Numbered from the stretch's first letter, positions 11,326 to 26,110 are shown. The stretch: DNA of 46,551 nt from Octopus bimaculoides (GCF_001194135.2 NC_068981.1:159613085-159659635), one strand, 5' to 3'. Numbers and translations: made by a program. Notes: generated by a model from the letters alone, not told the origin.

Positions 11326-12716
11326 ACAAAGGGTGGAAAATGTTGTTCCCAAGGAGGCCAGAGTATTTTATATAACATGCCATCACTTTTGTTGCCTACA
11401 ACAAAATAGGTTATGGTATACATAGAAGGTTTAATTATTTCCTTAGCTAACAGTTTATTAATTTTACTCTTATTGAACTAGTAGTCTTTGACAGAGCGAT
11501 TCCCAGTGAAGCAACAAGTATTGCTTTAAAAATTCGTAAGTTTGAGCCGCTGACTATTCTAAATTTTGAAAGCTTTTCAATTATGTCATAAAATTTTCGG
11601 ATTCAGCATATGCAAAAGTTTGCCTCTGAGTTCAATCTAAAGTAACTGAAAATGGAATAATAGAAGCATTTCAAAGATGGAAGAATCAGATATTTCACAG
11701 ACAACGTTAAATTTCAGTTACTGAGTAACAATTGTTTATTTCAATGTTTAGAATTGGTTTCTAATTATATCGAGCTTGTTTCTACCAACAAGATTACGCC
11801 CTTTATAGTATTACTTAATACCAATACCAAGCTTGTCTTCAGGAATCTAAATCATTTCACTATCAATAAGCCACCTTTGACCGTGACCATTCACAGGACC
11901 AAAAGTTAATTAATTAATAATTAGATCATTGACTGTATAATACAATTGAAACATTATTTATCTGCAGCAGCACATTGTTTATGACCATGAAAGATTCACA
12001 ACAAGAACCAGTTTTAGCTTGAAAAGATTTCCCAGGAGCAACAGTATAAGAATTAGAATTTGTTACAATGTTATCCATAACACTAACAGTAGTCTCTTCT
12101 GCTCGTCCTATAGAAACAGTGTCCTGTAAAAACCTATCAGTTTTATGAAACAAAATAAAGCTATGGCAAACTATTTTTCGAATAGTTTCCCTGTTAAGTC
12201 CTTGACAGAAACCATTTCGAAGAATTTCTGTAAATGATGTAGGAAAGTTACAATTTTGGTATTTGTCTAAGAGAACTAATAAAAATCATTTGTAGGTTGT
12301 CTGGTTGTTGCTTAGGCGAATATAATTTTATTCGTTCAATGAGTATGTTTTGTAGTTAATAAATTTAGATGTAATGAAAAGTTTTGCTTTTGAATAGTAT
12401 TTAAGGTCAATTCAGCCATTTCTTTTGTAATTTCAAGTTATTTCAATAAAGTACCCTATTTCAGTATTGTAACTGGTTGCTGCATCCGCAAGATTTAATA
12501 GAAATAAATCCATTTTTTTTCGTTCTCACTTCGTTTCGTATATCTGAGATAACTTTCAAACTAAACAATAAATTTACCAAAAGCTTCTGCACATTTATTC
12601 TTTAACATAGAAAGTCGATTCTTTATGATGGCATTGTTGACTATAAAGTTGTTTCTGAAGTGTGAAGATTGTTGTAGACCATAATTTAAAAGAGCCGATA
12701 TCCAAGCAAAAGTTTA

Positions 12717-12887
12717 TTTCACACTCCAGAAGTTGCTGACAAACGAATTCATTTTCTTCACATTTTATAATAAATGGCAAGCCGTTCCATTATAGGCCAG
12801 TACACATGTACAACAAACTCCCGCAAAACAACGTGATCTCACATCGTTCTACTTTTAGTACTTAACATAACAATATAAGATAGCTAT
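12717..12887. repeat. LTR-like direct repeat, right copy
   Basis: Direct repeat of 9521-9693. Confidence 0.7.
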
Positions 12888-13129
12888 TGAATTAACTAAA
12901 GAACATTACGTATTAGTAAGAGAATTTGTAGAGAGGATAGGTTTTTTTTTCTGGGAAAAACAACAGTAATAACAGCAAGCATATTTCTTTGAAGATCAAA
13001 ATATTAAAAGACTGAAAATTGAAATTATTTTGTGACTTTAAAATAATCCATCTTTCTTTTTTTTTTTTGTTTGTTCTATATCCGATCTTCTGTAGACTGA
13101 TATTTGATTGTAATTTCTACAGTACTATA

Positions 13130-16100
13130 TAGGTGAGCATCAAATTTCCCCCTGGATTGGACCATTTGCAACTTTACCACTACTGAAAATGTGAAGCCAA
13201 TGCATCAAGCCATTAAAACATTCGTTGATTCGACGATGATGCTGTACATTAATGCCCAACTCTGTCGTCTCAGAATTGTTTCAACTCCATATCTAAGAAT
13301 AGATATTGCTCATGAATAAATAGCTAATATTACGATATCATCATTCATCTTTAACTTCAGTATTCTCTTTATCTTCTTTTTGCACTCTTTTACTAGACTG
13401 TTACTTCTATTCCTTATTTTGTGTGAACAATTTCAAGTTATCCATTTAGATTAGAAGGCAGATCATTGGCTGTCCTTACTTTCCGTAATATGCTTGTGGG
13501 TGGCAAGAAAACTATAACAAATAATAGCAGTGTTACTCTGTCTCGATGAAATATTCTTCATTTCATGTTGAGTTTTCTCAATGATTGTGTTCCAGCTACT
13601 AATTTGGCATTTCATTGTCTCATGCTTCCACAGATTAATGCTTTGATGCTATCTTCCACTCCGTAGATATTCATGTTTGTTGTGCTTCAGCTATGTGGTA
13701 ACAGATTTTAGGCCCTTTTGTAATCTATCCAGGCCATCCCCAAATTTGTCTGTCCTCCCTACACTTCTTTACTACCAATTTGCAATCAATAGTTGAACTT
13801 TCCGTCTAGAAAGCGTCAGTGCCCCTTCTTCCCTGCCTGCATCCTTTTTTTTTTCCACCGGCAAAGTTCCTTTTGTCCTCAAGATGCTAATACAGTTCTG
13901 CTAATATGCCTGTGAGCAGCTTCCACATTAAAGGAAGGCAAGTTATCGACCTAAAATTAAAAACTATGTTTCCCTTATCAATATCCTTAACACAGCGCAG
14001 TTCTTCAAGTTGTCATCTGAAGTGGGACAGTTCCCAGTTCGTGTATAGTGCTTAGAGATTCTATTTTAATGCAGAGCACCGTTTGGTTCAGACTCCTTCC
14101 AATTTTACGTTTTCTTCAACTATTTCGTCTCTTTTGTTGTTCCAGTAACTATATATCCCTGTTTTTTCTATACCTTCTGTTTCTCCCTTCAGCTTTCTTA
14201 ACCATTCTGCTTTGCTGATAGGTTCAGCTGACTGATTCCAAATTCCACTCCAAAAGTTTCTTTCTTCAGTATCTAGAATAACAACCTCATTTCTTTTACA
14301 CTTTAGCTCAACAAATAACATTTTAAGATTTGAATTGAACAGTTATTCTGTTTCATTTATAGTGTTTTACTTTTTAAATTTTGCATTAACTGCTATTTGT
14401 CTCAACTGCTAATGCACTTTTGTAATCTTTACGGAGGTGTACTAACAAGGAAAGTGATTTGATCTGAGACTGTGTAGTTAAACTGTTGTGGTGAGAGCCA
14501 CTGACACTCCCGGAGGATAAGAATAATAGACCAGCCGAACACTTATAAAGAGTAGCGTATTGTTTGAGACGAGAGGTCGGTAGAAACTAAAACATTTGCA
14601 GTGTAGAAAACACGTGTTAGTCATTCAAAAACACACAGAGACAGTTGGCCTCACTTAAACATTTATTATTAGTTATACGGTGTCAAAATTTTCGTCGCAA
14701 AATCTTCAACTTGGCCACTGACAAGATTACACTGTATCTCAATTATACTGTAATCTCTTTTCCCCTTTCCTATAACTGTCTCATTTTCAATTTGTTGATT
14801 CTACACAAATCCGTCCTTAGCTGGTTCAACTTTTTGCCCATTGCGGTTCATTATCACTTCTATTATTTCTTTCCTTGAACTTTACTACTTCCACTACTAC
14901 ATTTGCTCCAGCGCGTCATAAAATATTTGTTTCGGATATATTACTTGTTGGAACCATGGGTAATATGTCATTTACTTTTTGTGTTTCTTGTCTAACACAT
15001 TCCTATCTATATATCTTAAGTCGGTGGAGGCGCAATGGGCCCAGTGGTTAGGGCAGCGGACTCGCGGTCGGAGGATCGCGGTTTCGATTCCCAGACCGGG
15101 CGTTGTGAGTGTTTATTGAGCGAAAACACCTAAGCTCCACGAGGCTCCGGCAGGGGGTGGTGGGGACCCCTGTTATAATCTTTCGCCCCAACTTTCTTTC
15201 ACTCTTTCTTCCTGTTTCTTGAGTAACGCTGCGATGGACTGGCGTCCCGTCCAGCTGCGGGGAACACATACGCCATAGAAACCGGGAAACCGAGCCCATG
15301 AGCCAGGCTAAGCTTTAAGTCTGGTGGGGTTTTCTCAGGATCTTTTGCATTTCTTCCTGTACTTTTTTCTAAGCAGTGTATTTTTTTTTCATGTAAACCT
15401 GCTACCTGTAGTTCCCTAATTCTTGTGTTTTCCTCGACTGAGTTAATTCTAATTCTTCTGTGACATCTTCCTCTAATTCTGTGACTCCATCAGTCTCTTC
15501 GCCCATTCTTCTAGTCCATTTTCCATTTTCCTTCTGATTTCCTCAATTTCAATTTCAGTTAACCATTTATTTGCTTCGCTTGATCTACCATGATCAGCTA
15601 ACCTTTGTTCGCTGACCCCAGAAACACCTTTGTCCTCCTATATTTGCTTCATACTTTGCTCATAAACTTTCCCCGTTGATTCACTTTTAATGAACTCTCC
15701 AAGACAATTTTATTCTCACCAAGTTTGGTGACATTTATTCTTATGTTCAGTCTGGTCCGTAGTTTGATGAGGACCTGCAGCAACTTGTTCAACGTCTCCA
15801 TGGCTGCCTAATGAGAGACCTTCACCATCATTGATTCCAGCTCCTATCTACATCATTATTTGTTTCAATTGTATACATATTGTATACATGGTCTTCGGTT
15901 AATTATGGTCTTTCCTTCTCTCAGTGTTTTTATCGAAGCACCATCTCAAGGAAGATTGTCGACCAAAACTAAAGACTTCATCCTACACATATGATGATGT
16001 TATTCCCCCACCGGACAACTACTCGGAATTTTTTATTTGATATCGGGGATTTTTTATTTTGGACTTTTCCCTCTCCTAGAAAGGTTGCTGTTATATCGGC

Positions 16101-16315
16101 TTTGCCAAATGGTAATCTACGTGCTCTTATAGCAAAGAAGGACACCTTCTGTTGGGTGGCAGTTGACTCTATTGAGTTTATTTACCCTTTGACAGGTTTT
16201 GTTTCTCGCTCTTCAGGATTTCCAACAAAAACCACCTTTCGCAACAAGTAAGCCTCGTAGCGTTATTGACGGCCCGTCTATGCAACAGGCTGTGCTGAGT
16301 TACAGGTTTCATTAT
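13130..16315 (-). mobile_element. R4/Dong-type element: putative 5' UTR, N-terminus and RT domain; 3' part missing
   Basis: GVSEQRLADHGR..KWLTEIEIEEI; LNQLRTDLCRI; RNFWSGIW..AEWL; [20 protein letters not shown]; MAWIDYKRA; begins at the TAA tract. Confidence 0.75.
15023..15314 (+). mobile_element. tRNA-derived SINE family C1 with 7-bp TSD (ttaagtc)
   Basis: A box tgggcccagtgg, B box ggtttcgattcc; 3' module gcgatggactggcgtcccgtccagctg...gaaaccgggaaacc; TSD at 15016-15022 and 15315-15321. Confidence 0.9.
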
Positions 16316-16319
16316 TCAT

Positions 16320-16324
16320 CATCA

Positions 16325-16409
<85 letters not shown>

Positions 16410-16410
16410 C
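16320..16410. repeat. (ATC)n/(ATT)n microsatellite
   Basis: Direct reading. Confidence 0.97.
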
Positions 16411-16417
16411 AATATCA

Positions 16418-16953
16418 TTGAGTGAAAGAGCAGTGCATGCCACCAAAGTGACAATGGGGTACAAATATACGAAGCCCGATATGCTCATCATGACTACCCG
16501 ACTGATAAGGGTACACCAGGCACATACATCACAACCATATGTGCGCGACATCGTGATCTCATATTAAGATAAACAGCGTACCACCTTGCAGGTGGGGCCC
16601 AGTTAGAATTTTCTTCAGATTGAGAAGCTTATCCCGCTCAAAGGGCCCCTGAATAAGGCTTATTTAAGGATGAAGAACGAAACACTCATGTTTCCAAAGG
16701 TGAATTATTCAAACCCCAAAGATTCTCCGCCACTACTTCTGCTCGTGATCAGAGATGCACATTTCGTCATCCACTAAGGAACATGCTCAACTGGTTAGGG
16801 TCAAGCAACTGACAAGCAAGTCTGTGGTATTGAGCAGAGTATTTGTAGCCCATCTTATATACCAAGACAAAACAACGTACATTCATGACAACACTTCCAA
16901 TCAGTTAAGATCAAAGGTGATGAGAGCCACTGTCTGGTACTGCATCAGGGCAT
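16418..16953 (-). mobile_element. TAA-flanked non-coding retroposon (family T), copy 1
   Basis: Homologous to 17908, 20368 and 39418 copies; (ATT)n on both sides. Confidence 0.85.
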
Positions 16954-17890
<937 letters not shown>

Positions 17891-17907
17891 TATTATTGTT
17901 ATCATTA

Positions 17908-18465
17908 TTGAGTGAGAGATCAGTGCATGCCATCAAAGTGACACTGGGGTACAAATATACGAAGCTCAGTATACTCATCATGACAACCCGTCTTATAAGG
18001 GTACACCAGGCACTTGCCTCACAACCTTATGTGAGCGACATGGTAATCTCATATCAATATAAACAGCACATGACCTTGCAGGTGGGGCCCAGTTAGAATT
18101 TTCTTCAGGTCGAGTAGCCCATCCCGCTCAAAAGGTACCTGAATAAGGGTTGTTTAAGGATGATGAACGAAACACCCATGTTTCCAGAGGTGAATTATTC
18201 AAACCCCTAAAGAATTCCTCTCAACACATGGCTATGATGCTTCCTCGCTACTTCTGTTCCTGATCAGAGATGCACACATCGTCAGCCACCAAAGGACATG
18301 CTCAACTGGTTAAGATCAAATAATTGACAAGCCAATCTGTGGTATTGAGCAGAATATTTGCTGTAGCCCATCTTTTGTACCAAGACAAAACAATGTACAT
18401 GAAAGCACTTCCAATTAGTTAAGATCAGAAGCCATGAGAGCTACTGCTTGGTACTGCATCCGGGC

Positions 18466-18467
<2 letters not shown>
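17908..18467 (-). mobile_element. Family T copy 2
   Basis: Full-length homology to copy 1; TTA flanks. Confidence 0.85.
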
Positions 18468-18519
<52 letters not shown>

Positions 18520-18522
<3 letters not shown>

Positions 18523-19085
18523 AAAGTTATTACATGCTAATTTCATTAGCAAAGATGGTATCCTGAAGTTTGGTGACCGTAAGTCTTCTCAAATCTTAAG
18601 AATATTTCATAGGATTCTTGCAAAATGCTGAGTGTGGCGCTTTTTCTGCAGGTTGACCAATGCGCGTCTCATTTCCACCATCATTCAGACTTAAGAGCGT
18701 TGTCTTCAATATTCTTATCATTTATTATTTGACTACATCCCTATATTTCTCATTTTTCTCTGTTTTCTTGATTATACACTCTACCATTATATGGACTTGC
18801 AAAGTCAAGGATCTAAATGCTGTTTTTATTTCTGTCCTGCATATCTAATCTGTCTTGTATAGCATGTTTGGTCTCAATGCAGAAACCCCATGAAATTTTG
18901 TGTTCATACCACTTTTCTATCGTTTCAAATCCACAACCTAGGTTAATATGCTCATGCATTCTTTTGCCTACACAGTTGTGCCTGCGTTTATACTGCCTTT
19001 GTGCTAACTTACTGCATTCACTTGAGAGATGGTTACTATTTTCGTCTCTTTTCCATACATTCTCCATTTGCTGACCTTGTGAGAA
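18520..19085 (-). mobile_element. R4/Dong 3' fragment
   Basis: HLSSECSKLAQRQYKRRHNCVGK...EKWYEH; LVNLQKK..ARIL. Confidence 0.8.
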
Positions 19086-19520
19086 AATTTGAAACTATTA
19101 TTGTTGTTGTTGTTGTACACGCTTAAAAGAAGTCTAAATATTGTAAATATACGATGTGCATATTGCAACGATGTACACTAACAATCATAAGTATACTCTC
19201 TAAATACTATAAACAAGTTCATTCTATAAATTACTTATATACACTCACAATATTGTAAATATGTGCACTACAAAAAATTGAAAACATTTGGTGGTTCTGT
19301 GTTGGTTGTTGATGACAATGACATATTAATTGAGAGAAACAATGTCGGTTAAATATACATTAATTAGATGAATAAATTTTATTCTCTGAAATACAGAAAG
19401 AACAGTCTGACGAACAATCGGTGATGCTTTTATTTACAAATATCATGCATGATTGAGTGCTGAACAAATCTGTCTGCAAAGTGTTGGGAAAGTGGAATAG
19501 TTTGATCATATTTTGATAGG

Positions 19521-19643
<123 letters not shown>

Positions 19644-20230
19644 ACAGGCAGCAACAAATTTATCGTTTATACAGCGAAAGAAGAGTATAGAACCAAACCC
19701 AGGGCACACTGGAGTTGAAAAGCGGAGACAGAGAAGTTTCATCGGACCACATTGCAATGAAGTTGCCTAACAAGAAGTTTCTGATACAAGGGATTGGGTT
19801 AAAGTGAAGTCCACAGATGGGAAGCTTTGCAAGAATTAATCACGTACAATTTACAAGTCAATAGTTTGCTGTTACCAAGGCAAGCTTTGCACATTTCAAA
19901 CATATTTGTTTTATTCCGTCTACATTATAGAAAGAAATGCTCAACAGATCCGTCTTCCTTTACTCTCCATACACTCACGAATATTAATTCAGATTTCTCC
20001 ATATAAAATCTGTTACTTCGTTTCTACAAATTTATGTGTTTATTATTTATTTATATCGTTATATATAATTATAACGACGAAATTATGAACTGTAGCGACG
20101 TTCGGTTACAGGCTTCTAACGGAGAAATCACTGGATTGATAGCATTTCGGATGGCTTGGGAGTGTCTCTTAAATATTACCTTAGACTTCGTTCGAAAAGC
20201 GTTATTGCGCCGATGTTTACATACTTCGCC

Positions 20231-20231
<1 letters not shown>

Positions 20232-20288
<57 letters not shown>

Positions 20289-20306
20289 CTATATATATAT
20301 CGTTGG

Positions 20307-20367
<61 letters not shown>
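20232..20367. repeat. (TATC)n and (TTA)n microsatellites
   Basis: Direct reading. Confidence 0.95.
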
Positions 20368-20369
<2 letters not shown>

Positions 20370-20985
20370 GCGTGAAAGAGCAGTGCATCTCATCAAAGTG
20401 ACACTGGAGTAAAATATACGAATCCCAGTATACCCATTATGACTACCCGTCTGATAAGGGTACACCAGGCACATGCATCACAACCATATGTGCGCGACAT
20501 CGTGATCTCATATTAAGATAAACAGCACATGATCTTGTAGGTGGGGTCCAGTTAGAATTTTCTTCAGGTCGAGTAGCCCATCCCGCTCAAAAGGTCCCTG
20601 AATAAGGGTTGCTTAAGGATGATGAACGAAACGCCCATNNNNNNNNNNCAAAAGGTCCCTGAATAAGGGTTGCTTAAGGATGATGAACGAAACGCCCATG
20701 TTTCCAAAGGTGAATTATTCAAACCCCAAAGAATTTCTCTCAACACATGGCTACGATGTTCCCCCACTACTTCTGCTCGTGGTCAGAGATGCACACATCG
20801 TCAGTCACTGAGGAACATGCTCAACTGGTTAAGGTCAAACAACTGACAAGCAAATCTGTGGTATTGAGCAGAATATTTGCTGTAGCCCATCTTTTATAGC
20901 AAGACAAAACAATGTATTTGATAACACTTCCAATCAGTTAAGATCAAAAACCCTGAGAGCCACTGCCCTGTTACTGCATCAGGGC

Positions 20986-20987
<2 letters not shown>
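20368..20987 (-). mobile_element. Family T copy 3 (contains an assembly gap with duplicated flanks)
   Basis: Homology to copies 1 and 2; TTA flanks. Confidence 0.85.
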
Positions 20988-21031
<44 letters not shown>

Positions 21032-21290
21032 GTATGCTATATCGGCACAGTCTTGTACTATCTCATAAATTTGCTGTTGCAAGTTGCAATTACTAAAATT
21101 GCTTTCAGGTGGCACATAAAGCTTCCATCCTCTCTCTCTCTCACACACACNNNNNNNNNNNNNNNNNNNNNNNNNNNNNNNNNNNNNNNNNNNNNNNNNN
21201 NNNNNNNNNNNNNNNNNNNNNNNNNNNNNNNNNNNNNNNNNNNNNNNNNNNNNNNNNNNNNNNNNNNNNNNNNNNNNNNNNNNNNNNNNN

Positions 21291-21330
<40 letters not shown>

Positions 21331-22038
21331 CTTCTCTTCTTTAAACTCTGCCCTTTCCGTGGCTTTGGTTCGAACCTGGTTCCACGTTCCCCATCCCTCA
21401 GCCTGCCTCTCTTTTTCAACAGGTCTTCTTCAGTTTTCACCTACATATATTGACATTGACAAAAGACAAACACATGCGCACACATACGCGCGAGCGAGCG
21501 CGCACGCACACCGACACACACTCAGTTTCTCTCTGTCACATTTTATTCACAAGACACTGATCAATCTGCAGTTTGTTTGTAGAAGACGCTTGTCCACGAA
21601 TGAAACTCAAACGCGCTACACACGGTTGCGTATCTAACTTCTGAACTGTACAGAACATCTGTTTATAATCTAACTCTATGATATATGTAAAGTTAATTTA
21701 ACACTAGTCGTTAATACCATTATGCCATTGGCATTGTGGCACCTATCTAATGATAATGCAGCATGATAAAGCAGTGAAGACGTCTGAAAATTTTCTTTGA
21801 CTCAACTTCATTATAGTATTCTCCTGTTTGTTTCCTAAGCGATACGAATGTAGTATTTAAGAAATAAATAATGTATGTTTTAGCAAATTTACTGAGTAAA
21901 TTTAAAACAGCTGAATCGAGGAAAACATTCGTCGCTACAGGTTGGCTAATGTAGTGCTGCAGTTGTAAGCAAAGTGATTTGATAACGATAGGCAATAGCA
22001 AGGTTAACGTCTTGATATTTTCATAGATGGCATGAGGA

Positions 22039-22070
<32 letters not shown>

Positions 22071-22072
22071 AG

Positions 22073-22106
<34 letters not shown>

Positions 22107-23662
22107 AAAGCACAGCAAGAAAAGAAGTCAGAAAGAAAGGAAAAGACGTGTGTGCACGCGAACGCATACACACAAAACATACACACTCACACTCATGCTT
22201 TCATTTATATTTATACACTAGCCAAGTATCCCGTCGTTGCTGAGTATCCTGTCGTTGCTGAGAAATATTCACACTAGAATGCCTTGGCAAACTTTCGGAA
22301 TAGCACATCAACATAAGTTGGACGTTTTTCACCGCACCCTTGCAAATGATGGGGGAAGCTTTTTATGAAAAAAAAAAAAGTTTTTGGAAATATATGAATT
22401 CCCCTTCTACTTCTGAACCGATTTTGTCCTTTNNNNNNNNNNNNNNNNNNNNNNNNNNNNNNNNNNNNNNNNNNNNNNNNNNNNNNNNNNNNNNNNNNNN
22501 NNNNNNNNNNNNNNNNNNNNNNNNNNNNNNNNNNNNNNNNNNNNNNNNNNNNNNNNNNNNNNNNNNNNNNNNNNNNNNNNNNNNNNNNNNNNNNNNNNNN
22601 NNNNNNNNNNNNNNNNNNNNNNNNNNNNNNNNNNNNNNNNNNNNNNNNNNNNNNNNNNNNNNNNNNNNNNNNNNNNNNNNNNNNNNNNNNNNNNNNNNNN
22701 NNNNNNNNNNNNNNNNNNNNNNNNNNNNNNNNNNNNNNNNNNNNNNNNNNNNNNNNNNNNNNNNNNNNNNNNNNNNNNNNNNNNNNNNNNNNNNNNNNNN
22801 NNNNNNNNNNNNNNNNNNNNNNNNNNNNNNNNNNNNNNNNNNNNNNNNNNNNNNNNNNNNNNNNNNNNNNNNNNNNNNNNNNNNNNNNNNNNNNNNNNNN
22901 NNNNNNNNNNNNNNNNNNNNNNNNNNNNNNNNNNNNNNNNNNNNNNNNNNNNNNNNNNNNNNNNNNNNNNNNNNNNNNNNNNNNNNNNNNNNNNNNNNNN
23001 NNNNNNNNNNNNNNNNNNNNNNNNNNNNNNNNNNNNNNNNNNNNNNNNNNNNNNNNNNNNNNNNNNNNNNNNNNNNNNNNNNNNNNNNNNNNNNNNNNNN
23101 NNNNNNNNNNNNNNNNNNNNNNNNNNNNNNNNNNNNNNNNNNNNNNNNNNNNNNNNNNNNNNNNNNNNNNNNNNNNNNNNNNNNNNNNNNNNNNNNNNNN
23201 NNNNNNNNNNNNNNNNNNNNNNNNNNNNNNNNNNNNNNNNNNNNNNNNNNNNNNNNNNNNNNNNNNNNNNNNNNNNNNNNNNNNNNNNNNNNNNNNNNNN
23301 NNNNNNNNNNNNNNNNNNNNNNNNNNNNNNNNNNNNNNNNNNNNNNNNNNNNNNNNNNNNNNNNNNNNNNNNNNNNNNNNNNNNNNNNNNNNNNNNNNNN
23401 NNNNAGAGAGAGAGAGAGACAAAGACTGTGGTAACTAATATAAAAAGAGATAGACTGGGGTGATGCTGTTCACAGAGAAATTGCCGCTTGATTCAAAAGG
23501 GGCAACTATTTTTCACACTTTCAAGTCTTTCCTTTTGAACATAATTTCCCACTTAGTAATATTCTTGCCTGTGCGTCTGATAGATCCCCTTCGAAGATAA
23601 GAAGATACAGAGGTTTTTCATCTTTCCTAAAGTGTTAAATTTCCCATCAGATACTAACTGTT

Positions 23663-24030
23663 CATTGCTTGGCACACCGGCAGCATTTAGTGGCAAAAAA
23701 ATATGAGCGGTAGATTGAATGATGCGCCACAGTTATTTATGAAGACTGTGAACAAATTGAAGTCCAGTCCCTTGTCTGATCGAATTTTCCGTCAACTCTG
23801 TCTGAGACATGATGAGGACTACACTAAACTCTTATACCATATCGAAGTGCGGTGGCTGTAAAAAGGAAACTGTATTTTACACTTTGTTGAACTGTTTCAT
23901 ATAATCATATCTTTCTTTGAAGATACTCCACTATCCGCTTCATTGATGGCTGCAAGGTGCGATATCTTTTTTCTTTGTGATATATTCACGAGATTACATG
24001 ATCTCCCATAAAAGAATTGGACTGGATGTG
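23663..24030 (+). pseudogene. hAT (Buster/Charlie-like) transposase fragment
   Basis: HCLAHRQHLVAKNMS...VNKLKSSPLSDRIFRQLC..DEDYTKLLYHIEVRWL*KG, a conserved hAT motif block with a stop. Confidence 0.85.
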
Positions 24031-24975
24031 ACACAACGAGGAGACTTGCAGCTAAAGTTGACAAGTTTGAAACCGAATGTATCTGCACTAGCTGCATCGC
24101 ACCAGACACATGGTTCTCATTAAAAAGTTGTATTCTTTTCCTTTATAATACAATCATTAATTATTTTTGCATCGGTAGTTCTGATCAATGGTTCTTTTGG
24201 GGAAAAGAAAAATCAGTGTAAAAGAAAGTGCAAGTTTACTGAAGTTAATCTGTTTCCATAATGTTAGAGTTAATGTTAGAATTTTATTCACACTAATGGC
24301 AAAACTAAGCCTACAATAAGGGATTTGTAAACAACCGCATATTTAGTCCAAACAGCACTAACCGGGCAACGAGTTTACGATATAGTGTGTGTCAAATGAT
24401 ACAAGGGGACGGGGAGGTTCTCCTAGGGGATTTAGTGTTGTGGGGGTTGTGTCAAGGATTTCTTTACACAGGTGGGTGATGTAGCATTTTTTGGCTGATA
24501 GGTGGGCGATATTGCAATTTGGAGCGAAAAATTTGGGAAACACTGGACGATATGTTTTTTTTTTTTTTTTGAAACTGATGTTCAGAGTTCGTTGCACGAT
24601 TCGAGTGTGGTATGAAACTCGAATTGTGAAGGAAATTCTCCACTTCAGCGCCTTAACTGTGCTGTATGTGTGCGTGTGTATACGTGCGCGCGCGCGTGTA
24701 TATGTAACACACATGTACGTATATACACACATACATAAATACGTATATGTATGCATGTATGTATGTATGTATTTATGTATGAATACATGTATATATTCTT
24801 AGTTTTGACTGTGTGTGTACATAAAGTGAAACAGTCCACCATGACTTAAAGCACGCAACTGAGTATTGTGATCTCTACATTAAAAATGTTGCGTCCATAC
24901 TAAAACAATATCCATGCTGGGTGTAGCAATCATAAGAAGTAAGAAGAGGGTTTGAGTTGTGGTATACTAGGAGGC

Positions 24976-25238
24976 GTGGAGGCGCGTGGCTTAGTGGTTA
25001 GAGTGTCAGCACCTTAATCGTAAGATTGTGGTTTCGATTCCTCGACCGCGCGACGCGTTGTGTTCTTGAGCAAAACACTTCATTTCACGTTGCTCCAGTC
25101 CACTCAGCTGGCAAAAATGAGTAACGCTGCGATGGACTGGCGTCCCGTCCAGCTGGGGAACACATACGCCATTGAAACCGGGAAACCGGGCCCATGAGCC
25201 TGGCTAGGCTTTAAAAAGGCGCATTTATTTATTATTTA
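24976..25238 (+). mobile_element. tRNA-derived SINE family C2 with 13-bp TSD (tatactaggaggc)
   Basis: A box tggcttagtgg, B box ggtttcgattcc; CORE-like cttgagcaaaacactt...ctccagtccactcagctgg; same 3' module as C1; TSD 24963-24975 and 25239-25251. Confidence 0.92.
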
Positions 25239-25896
25239 TATACTAGGAGGCAGAGATAGAGGAGGGGAATTATTAGTTGCAGTTGTATGGAACCGATTCA
25301 CCATTCTCTGAAGTGCAGCAGGTACCAGCTACTCTTGTTGCTGTTTAGTCTACGAGTAAGGTTAGCCCTAGTGAACTTTTCCCCATTTGATTGAAAAAGG
25401 TTTTCCTCGAAACTTCTTGTGTGCTCCTTCTAATTGTTGTTTTGACTGTAATTTGGTACCACCGCCATCTTACTTTAAAAACATTTAAAAAAAATTTTCT
25501 CTCAGATTAGATCCCGCAGTAAAGAGATACCGTCTAATTTTACTAATTTTTTGTTGGGGTAGAGAATGTGAGTCAAAAAATTTCTTTATATCTAGACAGA
25601 GACAAGATTAACTTTAACACTACTACTATTAGAGTTATTTAAAATGTTTGTCTCCGTGGGAGTGCTGTATGAGTGTTGTTCACAAATATTTCGAACAGTT
25701 TAATACTATCTTTGTCAGCCTGTTCGAAATATTTTTTCTTCTACTAATTGTTCATTAAAATATTCATTCATGTTCATTCTGTGATGCAGTTCGTTTTTGT
25801 GTTCTCAGTCTCATCTTGTTTGCTGTTGTAAAATTTTTCATTATCTATCGTTGTTGGCACTCCGTCGCTTACGACGTCGTGGGTTCCAGTTGATCC

Positions 25897-26110
25897 CATG
25901 ATGATGATGACGATGATGACGATGAGGAGGAGGACGACGACGACGACGACGAAGACAACGGTGCTGGTGATGATTATGATGATGATGATGATGATAGTGA
26001 TTATGATGATGACGACGATGTTGCTGCTGTTGTTGATATTGTTGTTGTTGGTGGTGGTGGCGGCGTCGGCGCGGTGGTGGCGGTGGCGGTGGTGGTGTCG
26101 GCGGCGGCCA
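25897..26110. repeat. (GAT)n/(GAC)n/(GTT)n/(GGC)n low-complexity tract
   Basis: Direct reading. Confidence 0.9.

Larger units (their letters stand above)
9500..12915 (-). mobile_element. Old, internally deleted Ty3/Gypsy LTR retrotransposon remnant
   Basis: RNase H motifs SATQSKKRSIVELKPIAIV and LQISEYSCEIECRPGSENFVADSLSR; integrase-like RLSLDIVGS..NNSYILTV..PFAF; flanked by diverged direct repeats. Confidence 0.7.

Noticed and set aside
12595-12830. Gag knuckle or protease-like reading (CFCG..., FCLDIGS)
   Set aside because: It largely falls within the direct repeat shared with 9521-9693, where these motifs are not preserved; better explained as LTR.
16793-16801. Telomerase-template-like ACCCTAACC in family T
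   Set aside because: Other copies read ccttaacc or tcttaacc; private substitution.
18095-18260. Short resemblances of family T to U12 (TTTTGAGCGGG), U4 and U1 snRNA
   Set aside because: Only 10-12 nt matches with no Sm site or matching fold; expected by chance.
19687-19707. 2A-like peptide IEPNPG
   Set aside because: Lacks the upstream D and final P, and no APE or RT ORF follows.
20587-20700. Apparent internal duplication in family T copy 3
   Set aside because: Identical flanks around a 10-N gap and absent from the other copies; assembly artefact.
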